A stretch of 53,453 bases of DNA from Pseudomonadota bacterium (GCA_036339975.1 JAYYZV010000071.1:1-53453), one strand, 5' to 3'. Shown: positions 19,765 through 29,431, counted from the first letter of the stretch. The notes: generated by a model not told the origin, from the letters alone. A program made the numbers and translations.

Positions 19765-21174
19765 TTATAGTTTGTCGTATCCCGGAATGAACTCGGACAT
19801 GTCGATGTCTTCGTTGCCCGGAACGTATATTTCGTCTGGGTAGTTGTCCTTGCGGGTCGCGTCGATGCCCATCTTGGTCACAAGGTGTGAGCCGGCTTCA
19901 GGGTCATATGAAGATGGGTCGAGCGGCGAGCCCTTAGCATAGGGGACCATGAAGATATCGCGGTCGGCGCGCACGCGGGTTGCGATGGCGTGCATCACCT
20001 CGGTGTCGCTGGTGATATCGACATCATGGTCGACAACGATTGCAAATTTTAGAAACGGGTCAGTGACGAAGGCCGCCATAGCGGCCGCCTTCGCTTCGCC
20101 TTCGATCTTACGGTCGATGCCGATATAGCAACTGAACCGGAACCGCCCTGACCTAGGCATATGCACGCCGGTTACTGTTCCGCAGGCAATCTTCACCGTT
20201 TCCTCAATCGCGGTCGAGCGGATTACGCCGGACAGCAGCAGGTTGTCGGCGTGCCCTACGAACGCATTCTGGTATAGCGGGTTTTTTCTGTGTGTGATTG
20301 CCTTGATATCCAGAACCGGGTTCATCCTTTCCGGACCGTAGGTGCCCGGGAACTCTCCGAACGGTGCTTCGGCGCGGCGTTCTTTTGGCCGGATCAAGCA
20401 TTCGATGACGATCTCCGCGTCGGCGGGCACGTCGAGCGGGATGGTTTTGCACGGCACTAGGGGCACCGGCCGCTGCAGAATGCCGCCGGCGACGTGGAGT
20501 TCATTGGAATCTATAGGTGTATAGCTGAGAGAGCCCAGGAAGAAGGCCGGATGATGGCCGATCACCAACGCCATCGGCGTCGGCTCGCCTCGTTCTTCGT
20601 ATTTTTTCCATATAACATTTCCGTCCGCGGTTTCCGACAACTGGACGCCGAGTTCGTTTTTACTGTGCACCTGATGACGGTAGATACCGATATTATCGAT
20701 CCCCGTGTCGGGGTCGCGCATCAACCCTAGGGCGGCGGTGATGAATTTTCCGGAATCTCTTTCGTGATAGGTCAGGATTGGAAACTCCTCCACGTCGATC
20801 TGGTCACCTGTTTTCACGATTTCCTGCACCGGCGCCTCGTCGACCATGATAGGTTCGATCGGGTTTGCTTCGAGAGCGCCGTATGCCCGAAGAAATTCCT
20901 TCTCGGTGCCTTCTTCCATCCCGATGGCATATTTTAGGCGACTGAAGCTGCCATGCATGTTGGCGACTAGTGGAATATCTGATCCTTTTACTTTTTCGAA
21001 AATGACCGCCTTGAAGTGACCTTCGTTTTCGAGTCGATGAAGGATCCCCGTGACGCCAAATTTCGGATCGACTTCCTTGACGACGCGGAGAATTTCTTCC
21101 GGGTGCTCTTTGTCAAGGTATTCGATAAATCCGCGAAGATCTGGGCTGTAGGGTTGGTTAGACAAGCCGTCCAT
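19765..21174 (-). CDS. UbiD-family prFMN-dependent (de)carboxylase
   Basis: DLRGFI, NIGIYR, VPADAEIVIE, EAPFGEFPGTY, IVVDHDVDI, KMGIDAT. Confidence 0.93.
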   Translation of the reverse strand: MDGLSNQPYSPDLRGFIEYLDKEHPEEILRVVKEVDPKFGVTGILHRLENEGHFKAVIFEKVKGSDIPLVANMHGSFSRLKYAIGMEEGTEKEFLRAYGALEANPIEPIMVDEAPVQEIVKTGDQIDVEEFPILTYHERDSGKFITAALGLMRDPDTGIDNIGIYRHQVHSKNELGVQLSETADGNVIWKKYEERGEPTPMALVIGHHPAFFLGSLSYTPIDSNELHVAGGILQRPVPLVPCKTIPLDVPADAEIVIECLIRPKERRAEAPFGEFPGTYGPERMNPVLDIKAITHRKNPLYQNAFVGHADNLLLSGVIRSTAIEETVKIACGTVTGVHMPRSGRFRFSCYIGIDRKIEGEAKAAAMAAFVTDPFLKFAIVVDHDVDITSDTEVMHAIATRVRADRDIFMVPYAKGSPLDPSSYDPEAGSHLVTKMGIDATRKDNYPDEIYVPGNEDIDMSEFIPGYDKL

Positions 21175-21186
21175 GGTGGTAATTCC

Positions 21187-21594
21187 TTAACTTTGGTCTT
21201 TGGGCGGATCGATAGGGCCGCCGGCCTCGATCCAAGCGTTGATGCCGCCTTCGAGGTGGGCGACCGGGGACAATCCCATGTCCTGTGCGGTTTTTGCTGC
21301 GAGCGCGGAACGCCATGCACCGGCGCAGTAGAAAATGAATTTTTTATCCTCAGCAAAAAATTTCCGGTGATATGGCGTGTCCGGATCAATCCACATTTCC
21401 AGCATGCCCCGCGGCACATGGCGTGCACCGGTCAAGCGTCCGGTTTTGGCGACTTCGCGGACGTCGCGGATGTCGACGAATAGAACGTCCTCTCGGCCGA
21501 CCAGATCGCGAGCATCGGCGATGCTGATTTCCTCGACGTGTTCGTTGGCCTCAGCAACCATCTGCTTGACGGTGCGGGTGATGTTCAGCGACAT
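21187..21594 (-). CDS. Single-domain rhodanese-like protein
   Basis: VDIRD..E, HVPRGMLE, active loop YCAGAWRS, HLEGGINAW. Confidence 0.9.
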   Translation of the reverse strand: MSLNITRTVKQMVAEANEHVEEISIADARDLVGREDVLFVDIRDVREVAKTGRLTGARHVPRGMLEMWIDPDTPYHRKFFAEDKKFIFYCAGAWRSALAAKTAQDMGLSPVAHLEGGINAWIEAGGPIDPPKDQS

Positions 21595-21599
21595 AAGCG

Positions 21600-22592
21600 T
21601 TAGTGACCCGTGCAGTTGCCGTGGGGATGACGGTCAGGATATTCCGACCAGTACCATTTTGCCATCTCCGCGAATACTTTCATCGCCGCCGGTGGCTTTT
21701 CGTCGTTATTAAATTCCCGGTACAGGCTATTGACGTTGATAAAGACGCGTTCGCGGTCGATCCAGTGATTGAAGAAATCGACGACGATTTCCTCCGATGC
21801 CGATACCCAATCGAGACCCGCATCGTAGCGCTTACGCGCCGCGTCCCGCAATTCGGTTAGATAGGATCGCAACGCATGAACCTCGCCCTTGCCGCTTATC
21901 GGGCCGTGCCCCGGCACCACGGTTTCAACATCAAGACCCAGAATGTGATCGCACGCCGATATCCAATTGCCGACCGGGCCCGACCACATGACAGGATGGC
22001 CACCAACGAACACTATATCACCGGTGAAGACTGTCTTGTCCTTCGGCACATGGACGAGCACGTCGCCACGGGTGTGGGCCGGACCAACGTTGGTAAGTTC
22101 CAGTTTCTTGTCGCCCACCATCATTGTCAGTTCTCTGTCGAAGGTCCTGGTCGGTATGCGGTTCTCGATGCCATCGAAATCGAAGTGACGTCCCATCAGC
22201 TCCCAGATGATGGCACCAGCGTCTCCCATGTCTTGCCATGTGTTCACTCGGCTGATGAAGGCTTCCGGCGGTCGGATTTTCATTTCAGCGGCACAATTGG
22301 CGGAGGCCACAATTTCCGCGCCGTCGACCAGCTGGTTACCGTATGTGTGGTCCCCGTTCGCATGGGTATTTACCAAAGTGTCAATAGCTTTGGCATCGGG
22401 AACGGCGTCGCGCATCGCGGACAGCATTTCAGCAGTGAGTGGAAGGTCGAACAGAGTATCGACCAGCAGCGTTTCGCCGCTATCGGCGATAAGCCCGGCA
22501 TTGCTCCAGCCCCAGCCGCCGTCCGGTTGCAGATAGGCCCAGCTGCCGTTGCCCAGATCGTGCAGGCCTTTAGTAAAATTCCATTTCGACAT
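21600..22592 (-). CDS. MBL-fold metallo-hydrolase (cyclase-like subfamily)
   Basis: SNAGLI, LVDT, NTHANGDHTYGN, AHTRGD, TGD, VPGHG. Confidence 0.88.
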   Translation of the reverse strand: MSKWNFTKGLHDLGNGSWAYLQPDGGWGWSNAGLIADSGETLLVDTLFDLPLTAEMLSAMRDAVPDAKAIDTLVNTHANGDHTYGNQLVDGAEIVASANCAAEMKIRPPEAFISRVNTWQDMGDAGAIIWELMGRHFDFDGIENRIPTRTFDRELTMMVGDKKLELTNVGPAHTRGDVLVHVPKDKTVFTGDIVFVGGHPVMWSGPVGNWISACDHILGLDVETVVPGHGPISGKGEVHALRSYLTELRDAARKRYDAGLDWVSASEEIVVDFFNHWIDRERVFINVNSLYREFNNDEKPPAAMKVFAEMAKWYWSEYPDRHPHGNCTGH

Positions 22593-22671
22593 CCGGATCG
22601 TTGACCCCCCATCTGTAAACCTTGTACCTGTTCAGACGGAATACGAAAAGTGGGAGGAGTGAAACGTTAGC

Positions 22672-23556
22672 ATGACCATCCGGTTTGATGATATTGGCAA
22701 TCGCTTGAAGGCGTTTCGCATTGCCTCCGGTCATAGTGCTGACGAGGTGGCAGCCAGGCTAGGTATTTCTCGCACAGCTCTTTACCGCTTCGAAAAAGGC
22801 GAAGTCGCCAAGATAGAAACCCTTGAGAAACTATCGGAATTGCTAGACGTCTCGGTGCCGACGCTGCTCGGCGTTGGCGTCGAATATATTTCTTCGGCCG
22901 TGGCGTTCTTCGAGCGGCTGCGCCAGATAGAGGAAACGTCGGAACACATTATTGTGCTCGCTGGGCCCGTCTCGTTTCTGCTGGCGTCTGATGCGTTTAG
23001 TGAGACGCTCGAAGAGGTGCTGGCCGAGAGCGTCCCGGACGGTTCAGTGGAGAGAGACATGGCGCAGGATATAGTCCGTGAACTGATTCCCATCCTGCGG
23101 CGGCGGAAAGAAAACTGGCGCCGCCGCAAGCCTGGTGTCTTGAACTTGATCTCAGGTGCCGAGATCGATCGTTTCCTCCGCAACGGCCTCGTCGGGCGTC
23201 TCGATCTACCTGAAGATGTGCTGGCTGAGCGGCGCACCCGCGCCCGGTCGGAGGCCGACCACCTCATCCGACTGATGGAGGAGGAACCAATCGGCATACA
23301 GATCGGAATTGTGCCGGGGGCATTGCCACATAACAGCTTCCAGATATTCCGTCAGGCGGACCGCAGGATCCTGACCCTCAGCCCGTTCCGGCTGGGCGAA
23401 CAACCCAACATTCACGGCGGGATTGCGATGATTACGTCGGCGCCAGAAGCGTTGGAACTACACGAGCGCACGGTCGAAGATATGTGGCGTCGTGCCAGTA
23501 AGGGGCGTGATGCCGCAGCCTTCATGCGCGATCTCATAAAAAAACTGCCCGACTGA
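22672..23556 (+). CDS. XRE-family HTH regulator with long C-terminal domain
   Basis: IGNRLKAFR...VAARLGISRTALYRFEKG. Divergent from the MBL-rhodanese-UbiD operon. Confidence 0.85.
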   Translation: MTIRFDDIGNRLKAFRIASGHSADEVAARLGISRTALYRFEKGEVAKIETLEKLSELLDVSVPTLLGVGVEYISSAVAFFERLRQIEETSEHIIVLAGPVSFLLASDAFSETLEEVLAESVPDGSVERDMAQDIVRELIPILRRRKENWRRRKPGVLNLISGAEIDRFLRNGLVGRLDLPEDVLAERRTRARSEADHLIRLMEEEPIGIQIGIVPGALPHNSFQIFRQADRRILTLSPFRLGEQPNIHGGIAMITSAPEALELHERTVEDMWRRASKGRDAAAFMRDLIKKLPD

Positions 23557-23557
23557 C

Positions 23558-24880
23558 ATGGTTGGCGATCCGAAAGGAGACGCTATTAAGCGGGCGATGG
23601 CGGCGCAGCAGATGGGCGACGACACTGCTGAGGAAAACGCCTGCCGCGAGGCACTTGAAATCAATCCTAAGCACCCGGTGATGCGGCATAATTTGTCCGC
23701 GCTTCTCGCTCGGCGTGGAGAAACGGTAGTCGCGCTTGAATTTCTTGACGCGCTGGTTGAGGACGAGCCGGGATATACGTCGGCCCATTTTAACCGTGGT
23801 GGTGTGCTAATTTCCTTGGGCCGGACAGAAGATGCTATTAAGGCATTCCTCAACGTCACCTCGCTCGACCCAAATCATATCGACGCCCATCGCGCCCTCG
23901 GGTTTCAGTGGCTGGCGCTCGGCAATCGCGACCGGTCACTCGATCATTTTGCGCGAACGTATGACTTGCGCCGAGGTGAAGGCCGGATCGGCGTCGCCGA
24001 AAAATCCCTGCATAGTACGTCTTCGGAAAAACTCCAGCACGATGCCGACCTGTTTAGGTGTTTGCTACTAAGTACCCGCGCCGGTCAACGTTTTGAGACA
24101 TTGGCGCGACTGTACGAACAGGTCGCTGCGGGACTTAGGGTTGGAGTAGTCGAACTCTCCGAAGAACAGCTCGAAACATTGGGGTCCGATTACAACACAT
24201 CCATTTATTCGGTCGACGCACCGGAGATTTTCGGCGGTGCGCTTAACCCCGACATTGACGCGACCGCCATAGAAGCATCGTGGAAAGCTTCCGAAACCGG
24301 CGTAGTCACGATCGACAATCTGCTGACTGAAAGGGGCTTGGCGCTTTTGCAGAAGTTTCTACAGCAAAGCACAATCTGGCATGACTTCACCCACATCGGC
24401 GGGTTCGTCGCTACATATTTGGAAGATGGGATGGCCTGTCCATTGGTACTGCAGATCGCTGACGAATTTCGCGCCGCACTACCGGGGCTTCTCGGTCCGC
24501 ACCCCCTGACCCAAGCTTGGGCATTCAAGGCGCTGGGAAGCGGCCGGTCGATCGATATTCACGCTGACGATGCCGCAATCAGCCTAAACTTCTGGGTTAC
24601 GCCGGACGACGCAAATCGTAATCCCGACAAGGGTGGACTAGTCGTCTACTGTTACCCCCCGCCGTCTGATTGGTCTATCGTTGATTACGATTCTGATAGG
24701 GCGCGTATCCGGACGTTCCTAGCGGAAAACGGTAGTAGCGCGATAACGGTGCCGTATAGGGAAAATCGAGGTGTTTTGTTTGAGTCGCGCCTGTTCCATG
24801 GAACGGACCGGCCCGACTTCTCGTCCGGCTATGCGAATCATCGGATTAATGTAACGATGCTTTTCGGTAACCGGGGCTAA
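23558..24880 (+). CDS. TPR-repeat protein with C-terminal 2OG-Fe(II) oxygenase-like domain
   Basis: TPR-like helices (ALEINPKHP, AHFNRGGVL, LDPNHIDAH). HADD (HxD), SLNFW, GGL, LFH and HRINVT double-stranded beta-helix motifs. Confidence 0.75.
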   Translation: MVGDPKGDAIKRAMAAQQMGDDTAEENACREALEINPKHPVMRHNLSALLARRGETVVALEFLDALVEDEPGYTSAHFNRGGVLISLGRTEDAIKAFLNVTSLDPNHIDAHRALGFQWLALGNRDRSLDHFARTYDLRRGEGRIGVAEKSLHSTSSEKLQHDADLFRCLLLSTRAGQRFETLARLYEQVAAGLRVGVVELSEEQLETLGSDYNTSIYSVDAPEIFGGALNPDIDATAIEASWKASETGVVTIDNLLTERGLALLQKFLQQSTIWHDFTHIGGFVATYLEDGMACPLVLQIADEFRAALPGLLGPHPLTQAWAFKALGSGRSIDIHADDAAISLNFWVTPDDANRNPDKGGLVVYCYPPPSDWSIVDYDSDRARIRTFLAENGSSAITVPYRENRGVLFESRLFHGTDRPDFSSGYANHRINVTMLFGNRG

Positions 24881-24967
24881 ATGTATTAAAAATGGGATAT
24901 GTCTTTATTTTGGGACACTATGGGCATATAAACTGGCGAAGCCAACAGCAAAACAAGCACTGAGACT

Positions 24968-25840
24968 ATGAACGACCTCGCTCCGAATGAAAAATACACT
25001 GATTCCGCCATCCGTCCGGACGATCCCGACCCATATCCGGATAAACCGGTTGGCGAATTCCTGGCTAATGTGGTTTCCAATGAATGGGTCAATGCCGAAT
25101 ACAAACTGATGGTGCTCAAAACTCATAAGAAAGCGTTAACCGCCTATGCCGGGCAGTTTTTTCATCTTCTGTGTCCGACGCCCGACGGCGCCGAAGTATG
25201 GATGCGCCGCCCAATGAGCGTTTACAAGGTCGACAAGGCGGCCGGGCAATTAGAATTTCTTTATAAATGCGAAGGCCGCGGCACCAAGGGCATGGTGATG
25301 CTGGGGACGGGCGATACATTCAACGTGTCTGGCCCGCTTGGGATAGGCTTTCATCTGGATCCGTCTTGGAAAAACATCGTCGTCCTCGGACGCGGCGTTG
25401 GCCTCGCGACGCTGGCCCCACTGTCCCAGCTGGCTGCGGAAAACGGCGTCGGCGTGACGGCAGTCCTCAGCGCGCGCAAATCGGATCTGGTGATGTCCGA
25501 AGACTTGTTCCACGATCTGGGTGCCGATACCGTAACCGTCGTCGACGAAGACGGCAGTAGCGATGTGGGCAATGTGGAGGCGATCCTGGAAGGGCTGATC
25601 GCGAATGGCAGGGCCGACGCGTTTTTCACCTGCGGGTCCAGCCGGCTCCTGAAACTGATGCAAACTCTTGGCAAAAAGCATAACGTTCCCGGTCAGGTGG
25701 CGATGGAACAGATTATGGTCTGCGGCGTTGGCGCTTGCTACGTCTGCATGCGCACCTTCGAAATAAACGGCGAAAGGACCCTTAAACGTGTATGCCGCGA
25801 GGGGCCTGTATTCAACATGCTGGAGGCAGTGGGATGGTAG
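24968..25840 (+). CDS. Dihydroorotate dehydrogenase electron-transfer subunit-like protein (PyrK-like, FAD/[2Fe-2S])
   Basis: AGQF, RRPMSV, GPLGIGF, GRGVGLA, FTCG, EQIMVCGVGACYVC...RVCREGPVF. Confidence 0.9.
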   Translation: MNDLAPNEKYTDSAIRPDDPDPYPDKPVGEFLANVVSNEWVNAEYKLMVLKTHKKALTAYAGQFFHLLCPTPDGAEVWMRRPMSVYKVDKAAGQLEFLYKCEGRGTKGMVMLGTGDTFNVSGPLGIGFHLDPSWKNIVVLGRGVGLATLAPLSQLAAENGVGVTAVLSARKSDLVMSEDLFHDLGADTVTVVDEDGSSDVGNVEAILEGLIANGRADAFFTCGSSRLLKLMQTLGKKHNVPGQVAMEQIMVCGVGACYVCMRTFEINGERTLKRVCREGPVFNMLEAVGW

Positions 25841-26781
25841 ACCTTTCGGTAAAAATCGGTGACCTGACCTTTCAGAATCCCATACAGCCGGCGTCCGGCG
25901 CTTTCTCGTGGGAATATAACGAGGTAATCGATCTCAACCGCCTTGGTGCGCTGGTCGCCAAGACGATCTGCCGCGAGCCGCGCATGGGCAACCCTACACC
26001 GCGTATGGCGGAAACTGAGGCTGGGATTATTCAGTCGATAGGCCTGCCGGGTAAGGGTATTGACTATTTCCTTGAAAACATTGTGCCCGAATACGCGAAA
26101 TTCAAACCGCCACTGGTGGTCAGCGTCTCGTCTGAATCAATCGAAGACTTTGCCGCGCTGGCGCGGGAGTTATCAGTGCCCAATGTCGACGTGATCGAAT
26201 GCAACATTTCTTGCCCAACTCGGAACACTACCGGCGGTAATTTTGCCCTTCAGGAAGAACATACAAAGGAAGTGATGAGTGCAATCCGGGAAGCCACCGA
26301 CAAGCCAGTGTGGGCCAAGTTGTCGCCGAATGCCGGTGATTTGACGTCCATTGCGCTGGCCGCGGAAGAAGCCGGTGCCGACGCTTTGGTGATCGCTAAC
26401 ACGTTTCTGTCGTTAAAAATCCGTACAGATAATTTTCGTCCCGCGCTCGGTAATAAATTCGGCGGAATGGTATCGCCGGCGCTGAAACCCATTGTATTGC
26501 GTATGGTCTATCAAGTGGCGAAGGAAGTGAAAATTCCTGTCGTTGGGGTCGGCGGGGTGACCAAGGCAGAAGATGTGGTCGAATATATGCTTGCGGGCGC
26601 CCATGCAGTGGGGATCGGCTATGCTGGTTTCCGCAATCCGACGGCGCTGACCACCATCATCGACGATCTCGAGGCTTGGTGTGATGAACGTGGGATCGAA
26701 AAGGTCACCGATCTGATCGGCGCGGTCAAAGACGACGACATGGAAATGGATCCACTTATCGCCGCGTCTCACGGCGTTTGA
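25834..26781 (+). CDS. Family 1B dihydroorotate dehydrogenase-like FMN enzyme (PyrD-like, altered pocket)
   Basis: NPIQPASG, GNPTPR.AET, NISCP, KLSPN, ANT, GVGGV. ATG 25834 overlaps the end of the PyrK-like gene. Confidence 0.88.
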   Translation: MVDLSVKIGDLTFQNPIQPASGAFSWEYNEVIDLNRLGALVAKTICREPRMGNPTPRMAETEAGIIQSIGLPGKGIDYFLENIVPEYAKFKPPLVVSVSSESIEDFAALARELSVPNVDVIECNISCPTRNTTGGNFALQEEHTKEVMSAIREATDKPVWAKLSPNAGDLTSIALAAEEAGADALVIANTFLSLKIRTDNFRPALGNKFGGMVSPALKPIVLRMVYQVAKEVKIPVVGVGGVTKAEDVVEYMLAGAHAVGIGYAGFRNPTALTTIIDDLEAWCDERGIEKVTDLIGAVKDDDMEMDPLIAASHGV

Positions 26782-26788
26782 AACCCAT

Positions 26789-28429
26789 ATGTCCACTGCC
26801 ATAACCTCGCCGTTGTGCCCGGTGGAGGTGAAGGAACGGCACGAAAGTGGAGTGTGGCATTCCCAGACCTTATATGATCTCGTCGTTGAACATGCGGCCG
26901 ACCGGCCAGATGCCATTGCCCTTCGCAGCAGCTATCGCGCCTTTACATGGATGGAACTCCTCACATTGATCGACGCCCTTGCCGCCGACCTGACGGCACG
27001 CGGGATGGAGCAGGGAGAGACCATCTTCGTCGGTTTGCCTAACCGGGTCGAGACGGTAATAGCACTGCTGGCGGCATCGCGGGACGGTTATGTCTGCTGC
27101 CCGTCGCCGCACCGGCATCACACGGTTGCCGAAATTTCTGACATGTGCCAGCGTGCGTCATGTGCGGCCTACATTCACACTCCCGGCCACGGTGCTGACG
27201 CGGAAGGGGACGAGATCTTGACGGCGATCGGCGGACTATCTTCGCTGCGCCATATTTATCGTCTCGACAAAGCGGGTGACGGTGATCCGTTCGAAGGCTC
27301 ACTGCATCCGGTCGGGCTCACCCCCTCCAAACCTGCAGGCCATCCCGACTTGGTGACTTATCTTGCCTTTACGTCCGGCTCGACCGGGCTTCCGAAGGGT
27401 GTGATGCACAGCGATAATTCTCAGCTCGTCGCCGCGCGGGGAATTGCGGCTGCGTGGTCATTTACTGCCGATACAGTGACCTGTTCGCTCAGCCCATTCA
27501 GTCACAACCTCGGCTGCGGTACATTGTGGACGTCGCTGATCTGCGGAGGCGAATTTGTCCTGCATGACTGGGCGCGTAGTGACTCGTTGATAGACCGGCT
27601 AGAAGCCGCCAACGTGACATATCTGGTTGGTGTGCCTACCCATGCTATGGACTTTCTGGCTGAATTGGAAAGTCGGGGTGTTGACAGCTACGATCGGCTA
27701 GAGAGTTTCCGCGTCTCTGCGGCAGCCTGCCCGGAACATATCTCGGGCGCTTTGTACGACCTAGGGATTCCGGTTCAGAAAGGTTACGGCATGACTGAAA
27801 CCAATGGTCATCAGCATGGTCTGCCGGGCGATGGCCGTGACCGGGTAACCGACACATCCGGCGTCTGCTGTGCAGGTTATGAATTAGGGATATTTGATCC
27901 TGACGATCCCAATCGCCAGTTGAGCGTCGGTGAGTCGGGACTGGTCGGGGGGCGCGGCGGATCTCTGATGCTGGGATATTTCAACGATGCGGGTGCGACG
28001 GAGGAAGCCACAAACGCCGATGGTTGGTTTTTGACCGGCGATCTGGGGAGCCTGGATGATGACGGGTATTTGACGTTGACCGGCCGGCGCAAGGAACTGA
28101 TTGTCCGCGGCGGGCACAATATCAATCCTAATCTGATCGAAAGTCTTTCACTCCGACATGATGCCATCGACCTTGCCGCAGCAATCCCTCTATCGGACGA
28201 TCGGCTGGGGGAGCGCGTCTGTCTGGCTGTAATGTTCGAAAAAGGGCGCATGGCGAAGATCGACGATCTTCTCGATCATCTCGTCTCCGAAGGTCTGTCG
28301 CGCTATGATATGCCGGAATATTGGCTGCCTGTCGCAGATATTCCCCTAATGCCCAACGGCAAGTTGGACAAGAGAGAAATTCAACGTCGGATTGGGTCGG
28401 GCCAACTGATGCCGCAGTCGGTGTCCTGA
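26789..28429 (+). CDS. Acyl-CoA synthetase/AMP-binding enzyme (cyclohexanecarboxylate-CoA ligase-like)
   Basis: FTSGSTGLPKGVMH, YGMTE, WFLTGDLG, GRRKELIVRGG, NGK. Confidence 0.9.
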   Translation: MSTAITSPLCPVEVKERHESGVWHSQTLYDLVVEHAADRPDAIALRSSYRAFTWMELLTLIDALAADLTARGMEQGETIFVGLPNRVETVIALLAASRDGYVCCPSPHRHHTVAEISDMCQRASCAAYIHTPGHGADAEGDEILTAIGGLSSLRHIYRLDKAGDGDPFEGSLHPVGLTPSKPAGHPDLVTYLAFTSGSTGLPKGVMHSDNSQLVAARGIAAAWSFTADTVTCSLSPFSHNLGCGTLWTSLICGGEFVLHDWARSDSLIDRLEAANVTYLVGVPTHAMDFLAELESRGVDSYDRLESFRVSAAACPEHISGALYDLGIPVQKGYGMTETNGHQHGLPGDGRDRVTDTSGVCCAGYELGIFDPDDPNRQLSVGESGLVGGRGGSLMLGYFNDAGATEEATNADGWFLTGDLGSLDDDGYLTLTGRRKELIVRGGHNINPNLIESLSLRHDAIDLAAAIPLSDDRLGERVCLAVMFEKGRMAKIDDLLDHLVSEGLSRYDMPEYWLPVADIPLMPNGKLDKREIQRRIGSGQLMPQSVS

Positions 28430-28438
28430 GGAAATACT

Positions 28439-29431
28439 ATGCGCGCCGTTGTATTGAACGAATATGGATCGCTGGATAATCTCGCGCTTACCGATTTCCC
28501 GGATCCAGTTCCCGGTCCCGATGATATCATTGTCGACGTCCGAGCGACGGCCGTGAATTATGTAGACTTGGTTCTGATCGGCGGTACCTACCAGTTCAAG
28601 CCTGATTTACCAGTTGTGCCCGGCAAGGGACCTGCCGGCGTCGTTAAATGCGTCGGAGAAAACGTTGACGGCTTTTCGCCTGGAGACCGGGTGCTCGCAA
28701 TGGCTGAGCGGGGTGGGTACGCGGAACTGGCGATAATTCATCGAAACAACTGTTACCCCCTGCCAGATTCACTATCTTTCGTTGGAGCGGCGTCGATGGC
28801 GCTTGTATACGATACAGCGTGGTTTTCGCTGGTCGAGCGTGGTCGTTTCCAAGAGGGGGAGACTGTTCTCATCCTCGGTGCATCTGGTGGTGTGGGGCTG
28901 GCGGCGATACAGCTGGCAAAGGCACTCGGCGGGACGGTGCTGGCCGGGATTGTGAATCCCACAAAATCCGATTTGGTGCGTGAGGCAGGGGCGGATCAAA
29001 TCATCGACCTGAGCCGAGATGATCTGAAAACAAGCTTGCGCGATCAGGTGTTCGCTGTGACTGGCGGCCGCGGCGCTGATGTGGTTATTGACCCCTTGGG
29101 CGACGAAGTCTTCGAGGCTGCCATTCGAGCGGTTGCTTGGCGAGGTCGAATGGTGGTGATAGGTTTTGCCGCTGGGCGTATTCCGTCGATTAAAGCAAAC
29201 TATTTGCTGGTAAAAAATATCGATGTTGGCGGATTGCAAATCAGCGATTACCGCCGTCGCCGACCAGACCTAACCGCTAAATGTTTTTCCCAGATTTTTG
29301 AACTTTATGATGCCGGAGAAATTTTACCCCTGCCGTCAGAAACGATGTCGCTTAAAGATTTTGCAACCGGTCTACGCAGGGTGCGGGATCGGAAAGTGCG
29401 TGGCCGGATCGTAATAACGCAGGCGGAATAG
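28439..29431 (+). CDS. NADPH:quinone oxidoreductase family protein (MDR)
   Basis: AVNYVD...G.YQ.KP, LGASGGVGLAAIQLAK, VIGFAAG.IP...NYLLVKN. Confidence 0.88.
   Translation: MRAVVLNEYGSLDNLALTDFPDPVPGPDDIIVDVRATAVNYVDLVLIGGTYQFKPDLPVVPGKGPAGVVKCVGENVDGFSPGDRVLAMAERGGYAELAIIHRNNCYPLPDSLSFVGAASMALVYDTAWFSLVERGRFQEGETVLILGASGGVGLAAIQLAKALGGTVLAGIVNPTKSDLVREAGADQIIDLSRDDLKTSLRDQVFAVTGGRGADVVIDPLGDEVFEAAIRAVAWRGRMVVIGFAAGRIPSIKANYLLVKNIDVGGLQISDYRRRRPDLTAKCFSQIFELYDAGEILPLPSETMSLKDFATGLRRVRDRKVRGRIVITQAE

Noticed and set aside
21187-22592. Persulfide dioxygenase-rhodanese sulfur-oxidation pair
   Set aside because: The MBL protein has cyclase-type motifs (SNAG, HANGDH) rather than the ETHE1/PDO THxHADH pattern.
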